Shown here in pieces: positions 40,440-49,600 of a stretch of DNA of 64,000 nucleotides (the stretch's first letter is position 1; each line of letters begins with the position of its first letter). The notes under the pieces were generated by a model. That model saw nothing but the letters and a program-made list of their open reading frames with translations, was not told where the DNA came from and made no database searches. The position numbers were made by a program, and so were the translations under genes. The DNA comes from an uncultured bacterium (GTDB lineage: Bacteria; Eisenbacteria; RBG-16-71-46; CAIMUX01). The DNA lies in NCBI GenBank assembly GCA_964473865.1, contig CAYYQN010000002.1, positions 145,793-209,792 of the forward strand, in the 5' to 3' direction.

Positions 40440-43400
40440 GGGCCGCGCGACGAGCCGCCGCCGTAGTTCTCGTCTCGCTGCTGGCGGCGGCGAGGCCGGC
40501 CCCGGCGCAGACGGAGTCCTCGTCCGGTGCGCCGGTACTCGCCTCTTCCCGGTCCGACGCGACCGGCGCGAGCGCCGCCCCGGCGGACTCCGCCGGGCGA
40601 TCCGTCGTCCGCCCGGCTGCCGCCGATCGCCAGTCCGCGCCGGCCGGCGCAAGCGAACCCTGGTTCATCGAGGGGGAATCGCTGCACGGGACCAGCCAGA
40701 GCGGCACCGAACTGCGCGTGCCGCACATCACCCATGGAGTGCTCGACATCAGGGCCCGAGCCGGGCACATGAGCCCGGACCGCGAGATTCTCTCCCTGCG
40801 CGACTCGGTCGTCATCGCGGACACGGCGCGCACGCTCATGTCCAACGAAGGGATCTACCGCCGGACCCCGCGCCTTCTCGACATGGCCGGCGACGTCCGG
40901 GGAGAGGGGCCCGAGGGGGATTTCCGCTGCACGGACCTCACCTGGGATCGGCTGAGTGGGCGCCTGATCCTGCGCGGGGAGCCGGTCCTGACCGAGCTGG
41001 ACCGCGTCCTCGAGTCCGCGCGCATCGAGTACGACACCGAGTCGCGCCGCGGCCTGGCGTTGGGCCGCGTCCGGATTCTGCTGCTCCCAGACTCGGTGCG
41101 GGCCTTCGGCGAACGCTGCGACTACGACGACCGGTCCGGTCGCTCCGTGCTGACCGGCGAGCCGCGTCTCGTGGTTCCGGGAGGCGCGGATGCGCCCGAG
41201 ATGGTCGTGCGCGCCGACACCCTGGTGTTGCATGAGCTGGATCGGTCCGGTGAGGCGATCGGGTCCGTGCACATCGTTCGGGGCGATCTGCGCACCCGGA
41301 GCCGGCGGGCGCAATTCCGTCTCGAGCAGAATCGAATCGATCTCACGGGTGAGCCGGTCGCGTGGGATCTCGACGGGGACATCCGCGCCGACACCATGTC
41401 CGTACGGGTGCGCGAGCGGAAGGCCGATCAGTTGCGCGCGTGGGGCTCCGTCCGGGTTCGCTATGAGCCGCGCGACAAGGCCGGGGAGCGAAACCTGATC
41501 TTCGGCGACACCCTCACGGCCGGACTCTCCGGAGGCGCGCTTACCGGGATGAAAGTCTACGGGCGCGCCCAGAGCCTCTATCTGCCCGCGATCCGGGACG
41601 TTCTCACCGGCAGCGGGCGAAACCTGAGCCAGGCACGGGAGATCCACGTGTTTCTGCGCGAGGGGCAGGCGCAGTGGGTGGATCTGATCGGGAAGGCCTC
41701 CGGCACCTATCTCTATCCAAGTGACGCCACGCGCCGCCGTCTCCGCGAGCCCGCGATCCTCGATTCCATCGTTCCGGCCTGGGTTCGCGAGCCCGCTCCC
41801 GCGCGGGATCCGGGGGCGGAGCCGCCCCCTCTGAGCGAGTTCCTCCAGGCTTTCGTTCGTGAGCGGAGCCTCGCGTTTCCCGACAGCGGCGGCTCATTCG
41901 ATCAGCTCTTCAATGAACGCGTCGAGTATGAGGCGGACACCATACGTTTCTTCGTGCCGGAGGACCGGATCCGCCTGCAGGGAAACGGCGGGCTGCGCTA
42001 TCGCGAGAGCACGCTCAAGTCGGGCCGGATCGACTACGACGCCGAACGCCGGCTGGTGCTGGCGTTCGAGAAGCCGGAGCTCAGTGACGGTCAGAGCACC
42101 GTGACCGGCGTGAAGATGACCTACCGCACCGACGAACAGGAGGGGATCGTCTATCGCGGCCGAACCGAATTCGACGGCGCATGGTACTGGGGGCGCGAGG
42201 TGAAGAAGCTGCCGGGCAACGAGCTTCTGGTGAAGCGGGGCGACTACACCACTTGCGATCTCGACAGCGCGCCCCACTATCACTTCAGCTCCGGCCGCAT
42301 GAAGCTCATCCAGAAAGACAAGGCCGTGGCCCGACCCGTGGTTCTCTACATCAAACGGATTCCGGTGCTTGCCCTGCCGTACTACATCTTCCCGCTCCGA
42401 AAGGGCCGGCACTCGGGAATCACCATGCCCGAGATGGAGGTGGGCTTCAACCGCAACGCGGGTCGGTTCGTCCGCAACCTCGGGTACTACCTCGCGCTCT
42501 CCGACTACATGGATGCCCGGGCCTGGTTCGACTACTACGAGCGCGGGCCGCGCTACTACCTGAACGGAGAGTATCGGTACCGGGTGCGCTATCTCCTGGA
42601 TGGAAACGTGGACGCATCGTGGCTGCGCGAGACGAACGACTACGGCGGGCGGAGCCGAGGGTGGAGTCTGCAGAGCGCGCACTCCCAGACCCTGGGCAAG
42701 AACGCCACCGCGAAAGTCTCCACCAACTTCACGACGAGTCAGACCTTCCGTGGAGATCAGAACTTCGGCGCCGGGATCGACGAGCGCCTGAATCGAAAGC
42801 TGAAATCCTCGTTGGAGCTGCGCAAGGGTTGGTCGCGAACCAGCTTCAGCGCAGGCGCGACGCGCACCGAGTACCTGGACGAGACGACCGGCTCCGGCGT
42901 GAAGATGCAGGTCGATGGTCCTTATGCGGACTTCACTTTGAACACCGGAGCCTTGGGGCGGGCTCCGGATGCGTCCGGCCGGAGCGGACATTGGGCGGCG
43001 CTCTCCTCAGTGTCGTACGGCACGAACTTTCGCTATCGAACCACCTACGAGCGGCGCTTCAACGGAAAGCGTACGACCGGCCGCGCGTTCCAGCAGAACG
43101 TCAGCCTCTCCGACAACCGCCGGCTGGGCCCCTTTCTGCGTCTGAGCCCCTCGCTGAACGCGAGTTGGGCTCTGTTCGGGCGCGACAACCAGGGTCGTGG
43201 CAATCAGGTCGGAGCCTCCTGGTCCTTCGGCACTTCCGCGTCGAACACGCTGTACGGGACCTATCTCTTCCCGGCGGGGCCCTTGGCCGGGCTGCGGCAC
43301 ATCGTCGAGCCCTCCGTGAGCTGGGGCTTTAGCCCGGAGTTGAAGTCGCTCACCTATGCGGACCCCGCCGACTCCACCGGGCAGAGGCGGCTGGCGCGCT

Positions 43401-44158
43401 TTCCGTCGGTCGGGGGAATCTCGCTCAGCGGCACCAAGCGCTCGGCGCTTTCCCTCTCGGTGAGCCAGCGCGTGCACGCGAAGTGGAAGCTTGGTTCCCG
43501 GGTCGTGAAGCAGGAGAACCTGCTCACCTTCACCACCAGCTCTTCCTATGACTTCCTGGCGAAGTCCGTGCCGGGGCAGCGCACCCGCCGGTTCTCCTCC
43601 ATCAGCAACAGCCTCCGGTTCCGGCCCTGGTCAAGCTTCGAAACGTCGGCATCCGTCAGCCACGACCCCTACCGGCGGGTGCCGCTGTCATTCAGCATCC
43701 GGACCGACGCGACGATCACGGCGGCCACCTTCGCCGGGTCGCGCGACTCCGTGGGCACATCTGAACAAACGTATGGTGAATTTGGGAGCGTCGCGAACCA
43801 GGGACCGGCGAGCAGTCAGAGGCGGTTTCCGGCTTCCCCGGCGACTTCGAATCTCACCTGGTCATCCCAGATCATCCACTCCTACTCCACAACCCGAGGC
43901 GTCTCCACTCCAACCAAAAGCCTGACACTGAATCTCACCATTTCGTTTCGCCCGACGGCAAAGTGGAGGTGCGACGGCAGCGTCTATGCGGACGTTCGCG
44001 AACGGGAGGTCATCTCCCACTCGTTCAGCCTGAATCGCGACCTCCACTGCTGGGAGCTGCGCTTCAACCACCGCACGGTCGGGGGGCGTTCCGAGTACTT
44101 CTTCCACGTGGGCATCCGGCAGCTTCCGGAGGTGAAGTACGAGCGAGAAAGCCGGTAG
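40436..44158 (+). CDS. lptD: LPS-assembly outer-membrane protein LptD-like (OstA family), unusually long with repeated N-terminal OstA-like beta-jellyroll segments
   Basis: GTG at 40436 gives a signal peptide (AAVVLVSLLAAARPAPAQ). The N-terminal roughly 450 aa show repeated OstA/LptA-like segments. The central LptD-like core includes YTTCDLDSAPHYHFSSGRMKL, followed by a long beta-barrel-like C-terminus ending in a conserved aromatic residue. Confidence 0.65.
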   Translation: MRAARRAAAVVLVSLLAAARPAPAQTESSSGAPVLASSRSDATGASAAPADSAGRSVVRPAAADRQSAPAGASEPWFIEGESLHGTSQSGTELRVPHITHGVLDIRARAGHMSPDREILSLRDSVVIADTARTLMSNEGIYRRTPRLLDMAGDVRGEGPEGDFRCTDLTWDRLSGRLILRGEPVLTELDRVLESARIEYDTESRRGLALGRVRILLLPDSVRAFGERCDYDDRSGRSVLTGEPRLVVPGGADAPEMVVRADTLVLHELDRSGEAIGSVHIVRGDLRTRSRRAQFRLEQNRIDLTGEPVAWDLDGDIRADTMSVRVRERKADQLRAWGSVRVRYEPRDKAGERNLIFGDTLTAGLSGGALTGMKVYGRAQSLYLPAIRDVLTGSGRNLSQAREIHVFLREGQAQWVDLIGKASGTYLYPSDATRRRLREPAILDSIVPAWVREPAPARDPGAEPPPLSEFLQAFVRERSLAFPDSGGSFDQLFNERVEYEADTIRFFVPEDRIRLQGNGGLRYRESTLKSGRIDYDAERRLVLAFEKPELSDGQSTVTGVKMTYRTDEQEGIVYRGRTEFDGAWYWGREVKKLPGNELLVKRGDYTTCDLDSAPHYHFSSGRMKLIQKDKAVARPVVLYIKRIPVLALPYYIFPLRKGRHSGITMPEMEVGFNRNAGRFVRNLGYYLALSDYMDARAWFDYYERGPRYYLNGEYRYRVRYLLDGNVDASWLRETNDYGGRSRGWSLQSAHSQTLGKNATAKVSTNFTTSQTFRGDQNFGAGIDERLNRKLKSSLELRKGWSRTSFSAGATRTEYLDETTGSGVKMQVDGPYADFTLNTGALGRAPDASGRSGHWAALSSVSYGTNFRYRTTYERRFNGKRTTGRAFQQNVSLSDNRRLGPFLRLSPSLNASWALFGRDNQGRGNQVGASWSFGTSASNTLYGTYLFPAGPLAGLRHIVEPSVSWGFSPELKSLTYADPADSTGQRRLARFPSVGGISLSGTKRSALSLSVSQRVHAKWKLGSRVVKQENLLTFTTSSSYDFLAKSVPGQRTRRFSSISNSLRFRPWSSFETSASVSHDPYRRVPLSFSIRTDATITAATFAGSRDSVGTSEQTYGEFGSVANQGPASSQRRFPASPATSNLTWSSQIIHSYSTTRGVSTPTKSLTLNLTISFRPTAKWRCDGSVYADVREREVISHSFSLNRDLHCWELRFNHRTVGGRSEYFFHVGIRQLPEVKYERESR

Positions 44159-44451
44159 CGGCACCGGCATTCGACGGTGGCCCGGGCGCACCCCCGATCG
44201 ACGCCGCGGGCGGCGCCCGAGGTCTGTTTTGGCTCGAACCTGCGCCGGCGCGGCGGTGTAGTCACTCCTGTTCGTGCGGGCGCGGTGGGCAGGCCCCGGC
44301 CGCGTACTGCCCGGCGCGACAGGAGCCACCTCAAGCCCAGGCTTGGAGGGGTCGATAGCGGAATGGTACACTCCCGGGAGATGCTCGACATGGGCCCTCG
44401 GGACCTGCAGTACTCGGTACGGGGACCCGCCTGGCGGGGACCGTTACCACA

Positions 44452-44518
44452 GGGACCCACAAAGCACGGACCCACAACGCGGGGACCCACAACGCGGGGA
44501 CCCACAACGCGGGGACAG
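44452..44518 (+). repeat. Intergenic tandem repeat, 15-nt unit GGGACCCACAACGCG in about 4 copies
   Basis: Three perfect copies and one degenerate copy (gggacccacaaagcac) are visible directly, ending 9 nt before the ATG at 44527. Confidence 0.7.
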
Positions 44519-44526
44519 GAGTCACG

Positions 44527-45912
44527 ATGCGCGTACTTCGCCACTTCGGTCTGATTGTCCTGATCGGACTTCTCGCGGTGTTGGAAGGCTGCGCCGCCTA
44601 TCGCGTGGGCGGCAAGCGGCTGACCAACGCGGACCTGACCATAGCGTCCTTCGGCTCCTTGCAGGGCGAACTCGCCCCCTGTGGGTGACACTCCAGCCAG
44701 AAGGGCGGGCTGGCCCGGCGGGCCAGCGTCATCGACTCGTTGATCGAAGCCCAGAGGCCCTTCATCCATCTGGAGTTGGGTGATTTCGCCAAGATCGACG
44801 ACGTGACCGGGGACTTCGAGACCCGGTTCATCTGGGACATCCTGGAGAAGACCAAGGTCACGGCCATCTCTCCCGGGCCGCGCGAACTGACGATGTGGAA
44901 CACCTTCGAGCAGCTGAAGGCGAGAGGAACGATTCCGGTCGTTTCTTCGAACCTGACCGTCACACGGGGCGGTGCCGAGACTCCGGTCGGCCTGCCCTAT
45001 CAGATCGCTCAGGTGAACGGCATCAAAGTCGGGCTGTTCGCCCTGATGGGAGGAGCCGAACTGGCGGGCGTGCGCGCACCCGACGGGGTGGAGTTCGGGT
45101 TCAAGGACCCGTTCGAGGTTGCCACAGCGCTGGTGCCCAAGCTTCGCCAGCAGGCGGATCTGGTGGTCCTCATGTCGGAGATGTCGACCGCCGACACCGA
45201 CCGACTGCTGCAGGCGGTCCCGGGAATCGGCGTTGCGCTCTACGGGCAGCGCGCAGGATGGGAGGCGGAGGCCCGCAAGAAGGGAGAGACGATCTGCCAG
45301 GAAACCGGCATGCGAGGGCAGTACGCCGGCGAGCTGGTCGTGATCCTCGACCCGGACGGTCGCCTGGTCGACTTCGGCTCCCGGAACCTGGCGCTGGACA
45401 AGGAAGTCCCGGAACAGGCCGATGTCCTGAGACTGGTCAACGAGGTCAACGAAAAGACCAAGACGATGCGTGCGGACGTGCGCAAGGCGCGCGAGGCGGA
45501 AGCGGCAAAGAAGACGACCACCGGCGAGCGCTACCTGGGAGGCGAGAACTGCCAGCGGTGTCATGGCGAGCAGTACCGCTCCTGGCAGGCGACGCCGCAC
45601 GCGCGGGCCTTTGCCACGCTCGACCGGCCGTTGCCGGGCAAGCCGAAGGCCGAGGGATGCGTCTCCTGCCATGCCACCGGCTATGGCGCAGGCGGGTTCC
45701 AGCCCGCTCCCTCGAGTCCTGACCTCCACCCGGCGCAGGCTGCGAGCATCGACTTCAGGAATGTGCAGTGCGAAGCCTGTCACGGACAGGGCACGTTGCA
45801 CCGGCGGACGGGTCGCGTGGAGGTGGCCGAAGCGGTCTGTCGCGGCTGCCACACGCCTGAGTGGTCGCCCGGATTCGACTACGCAGAGGCGATCCAGGCC
45901 GTCAAGCATTGA
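44527..45912 (+). CDS. Candidate selenoprotein: lipoprotein signal + degenerate 5'-nucleotidase/metallophosphatase-like domain + C-terminal tetraheme cytochrome c, read through one in-frame TGA (44686-44688)
   Basis: ATG 44527 gives a signal peptide (MRVLRHFGLIVLIGLLAVLEGC) in the same frame as ORF 44740..45912, separated only by a TGA in the context APCG-TGA-HSS. Downstream is a 5'-nucleotidase-like central region (IKVGLFALMGG...ADLVVLMSEMS...VPGIGVALYG) and four CxxCH heme motifs. Hairpin GCTGGCC-CGGCG-GGCCAGC at 44709-44727 lies 20 nt after the TGA. Confidence 0.45.
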
Positions 45913-46085
45913 GGCGTCACCATCGCTGAATCCGCTACGGAATTGTCCCTGCGGAGGTTCGCCGACTCGATCGGCCAGGGTATGCGCGGGCGGACTGGAT
46001 CCGACCGCGAATTCGGTTGTCCCCGGCGGGATCCGGCCCTAGACTCCATGTTCGGTGAAGACGCCTTGGTCCGGGAGGGGAAGCG

Positions 46086-46565
46086 GTGGATGCATTCGAG
46101 AGCTGCCTGAGGAATGGCCGGCTCAAGCGAGTCGAGCCGGACCCGGAGAAGATCGATAAGGAGATTCGGACGGCGATTTCCGAGTTGAGCCGTGCGCGGG
46201 GCTGCTACGCGGACGGAAACGACGAAGAGTGCGTGATCCAGTCGTACTTTGCCATGAACCGGGTGCTCCGGGTCCTGCTCCAGCGGCTGGGCTACCGCGA
46301 CACGAACGTCTACAGCCTGCTGGCGGGCCTGGACCACCTGTATGTGCAGCCGGGACGCATGGAGAGCCACCTTCTCGAGATCTTGAAGCTGGCCAAGGAT
46401 CAGAAGGACCTGGTGCAGGACGGGGCTCGTTGCGGGCGCAAGGAGACCCGACTGATCCTGAGCGGCGCCGAGGAGACGATGGAGGTTGCGCGGGAAGAGC
46501 TGGCCCTGGGCGAGATACCAGAACTCGATTCCCAGCCCGACGACCTTGAGGAACAGGTCGACTGA
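46086..46565 (+). CDS. HEPN-like helical domain protein (orphan)
   Basis: A 159-aa all-helical protein with a pattern similar to HEPN domains (N-terminal helix pair, conserved Arg/His-containing region GRMESHLLEIL). No adjacent nucleotidyltransferase partner. Confidence 0.35.
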   Translation: MDAFESCLRNGRLKRVEPDPEKIDKEIRTAISELSRARGCYADGNDEECVIQSYFAMNRVLRVLLQRLGYRDTNVYSLLAGLDHLYVQPGRMESHLLEILKLAKDQKDLVQDGARCGRKETRLILSGAEETMEVAREELALGEIPELDSQPDDLEEQVD

Positions 46566-46611
46566 TCGAGCCGGCCCCGGGCTCGTGCGGCTGGCGGACG
46601 GGAGTTCCACG

Positions 46612-49600
46612 GTGACCGGAGGTTCGGCCCGCGCGGGACTGCGGTGGAACCGGACGGACCGCAGTTCCGGCTTCGTTCGACGCTCTCTTTGTCTTGGCCT
46701 TCTCCTGCCTGTGGCCGCCATCCTCATCCCGATCCTGGGCGCGATGGCGGCGATTCCAACGGTCCGGCAGATCCTCCTTGTTGGCGCCGTCTCCAACGAG
46801 TCATTCGGTGGCAGCCGCCCCGCCGTCATCATCTTCAGCTTCGACCCGCCGGTGGAGCGGATCGCGACCGCGGCCGCCGGGATGGTCGAACCCGTTGCGG
46901 TGGCGGTCACCCCCGATCGGCGGCTGTACATAGCCGATGCGGGGGCGGATCCTCTGGGCCTGAATCGCTCCCGGGGTGCCATCTGGCTGGTGGATCCCGC
47001 TGCTCAGGTTGTGGCCCCGGCCCGCCTCGTGGTTGCCAATCAGCTGTTTCGCAAGCCGGCGGATCTGCTGCTGGAGTCGGACGGGAAGATCCTGCTCTTG
47101 GACGGCGATGCGGATCCCAACGAGTGGGGAGGTGCCAACGGCGCGATCTTCCGGATCGATCCCACGACCGGCAACGTGACCGTGCTTGCCGCTCCGCAGT
47201 CCTTCCTCGAGCCGCGCAGCCTGACGGTCGACCTCGACGGCACGCTCCTGGTTGTCGATGAGTCCGCCAACCCCCAGGGCGTATCCGATCCGGCCGGAGC
47301 GATCTTCCGGGTAAACCCCAGCACCGGCGTGGTCACCCTGGAGCGGGTCTTCCGCAGGGGCGATCGTCGCACGATCGTCGCCCCGGTAGCCATGACGGTG
47401 ATCGACCGGGGCGCCCGCCAGGGGGACTACCTGGTCGTGGACCACAATGCGGATCCCCACAATCGTGGCTCGAGTCCGGGCGACGTCTTCTATGTTCCCC
47501 GCGCCGGCGGTGACCCGCAGGACTTCACGCCGACCGCGGTGGCGGAGTTCTCCGAGCCAACGGACGTCATGATGGGCCTGGAGGACGATGTCTACGTTCT
47601 CGATCGGGTCGCCACCTCGGAGCAGGCGCCGCTTGGCCGGGGCGCGGTGTTCCGTCTTCGTCTGAGTGACGGCATGCTCCTGCAGTCGCCCAAGGTCTCC
47701 AGTGCCTTCCGAAACCTGAACACCTTTGTGCAGCTCTCGGGCGCGCAGCTCGACTCCTCCACCGTCACGCATGTGGATGAAACACCAGGGCTGCTGAGGC
47801 CCGGGGACATCGTCACGGTGCGCGCTCGGGTGCGCAACACGGGAACGGCGGATGCGCCTGCGGCCTCGCTCGAGGACACGCTGAAGGTCCAGCTTCAGTT
47901 CGTGCCGGGATCCGATTCGGTGGGGACCGGCCAGGCGTCGTATGATTCGGGCACGCGAAGGTTCTCCTGGTCGGGGCCCATTCCCCGCGGCGGCGAGACG
48001 ACCGTCCGCTTCCGCTTCAAGATCTCCGACTTCGCGATTCCCGGAGTCCGCCTGGATCACCGGATCGTGCTGCGAACCGACCGGACGCCCACCTCCTACC
48101 TCCGGCCGGTCACGCCCCAGCGCGAGTTCGCCGTCGGGTCCAACCTCTTTCTCGACGTCTCCGCCGGGGTCCAGAATTCCGGGGTCATCTACGTTGCGAG
48201 GGCCGACACCACCCGTCCGGAGCCGCTGAGCGAGGGCGGGCTCCTGGTGCGCCCCTCCGACGCGGTCTTCCTCGAAGATGGCCGGCTGGCCGTCCTCGAT
48301 CCGAGCAGCCCGGGCGGGCAGCTGGGTGCGGTCCTGGTCTACAGCTTCAATGCCACCGACACGCTGAGTGTCTTGCTGGCCCTGCGTCGGGAGCTGGGGT
48401 TTGCCCGGCCCTGGGGGCTGGCCCTCGATCGCGATGGTTCGCTTCTCATCACCGACATGGACGCGAATCCACAGGGCTACGCGTACACACCGCGAGATCC
48501 ATTTCGCATGGGCCCCGGTCCGGGGGCGGTATTCCGCTTCGATCCCGCCACCCGGGCGCTATCCGTCGCGGCGGCCAGCCCGGATTTCGAAGAGCCGGTG
48601 GACCTGGCGGTGGACCGGCGCGGGAAGCTCGTGATTGTGGACTACCTCGGCGGCGAGGAGCTGCAGGGAACCTTGTGGGAGATCGATCGGTCGACCGGTG
48701 CGCAGCAGAAGATCGTGCTCGACGCCCTCCGTTTCAAGAACCCGACCGGAATCACGGTCGACGCCGCCGACGATCTCTACGTTACCAGCTATCGCGCAAC
48801 GGACGGCCCCAACCCCGTAGGTGGCGCCGTGTACAAGGTACGTCGGGGAACACCGGTGACCGTCTCCGTCGCCTCGGCGGATACCCTGCTGCGGCAGCCC
48901 GCCGACGTGACCGTCAACCAGACGGACGGCAGCCTGCTGGTGGCGGACAAGGATGCGAACCCCGAACACCTTCCGGAAGCGGACCGCGGCGCGCTCTTCA
49001 AGCTGAATCGGTCCACCGGGGAGGTGAGCGTGGTTTCGGCATCCGGTTTGATGCGCCAACCCGACGGTGTGGTGTCCTTCGGCTGGCCCGAACTGGGCGG
49101 GAGCCGGCTCAGCCTGCGGACACGACTGTCGGGGGATCCTCGTCCGGGCGACACGTTGTGGGCCGACGTGCAGGTCATCAACAGCGGCCTGCGCTCCTCG
49201 CCGCAGACGTTGGCGTCTCTGACCTTCGGGAGCCCGTCCCTGCAGGTGCTTCCGGCGGTTTCCCCGGTCAACGGCCTGAGCATCGACGTGCTGGGCAATC
49301 GGGCCTCGTGGACGGGACGAGTGGCATGGGGAGACACGATGCGCTTCTCGGTGCCCAGCCTCGCGCGCGCCAGTGACTCCTATGGCGGGCTGGCCACAGT
49401 TTCCCTCGTCGTGCTGGGGGGGCGCACGGTCTACTCCTCCAGCGCCTGGCGTCCGGTGCGTTCGGAGTTCCGGCCCAATGACCTCCTGCTGGTGGACAGC
49501 GGCGCCGATCCCAATCGAGTCGGCGTGCCGATCGGCGCCGTCTTCCGACTGGGGGTGGAGGCGCTCGACCCGACCCGCCTCGTCTACACGCACTCCAGCC

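Noticed and set aside
38840-41647. Minus-strand ORFs of 403, 566 and 514 aa (38840..40051, 38952..40652, 40103..41647) antisense to folC, the ROK kinase and lptD
   Set aside because: They are antisense to genes with clear P-loop and ROK motifs. The translations are extreme Arg/Pro/Ala low complexity.
43984-45909. 641-aa minus-strand ORF opposite the lptD 3' end, the intergenic repeat and the cytochrome gene
   Set aside because: It crosses an intergenic region and is antisense to the CxxCH-containing + strand gene. It has no motifs and even reads through the tandem repeat as PRVVGPRVVG.
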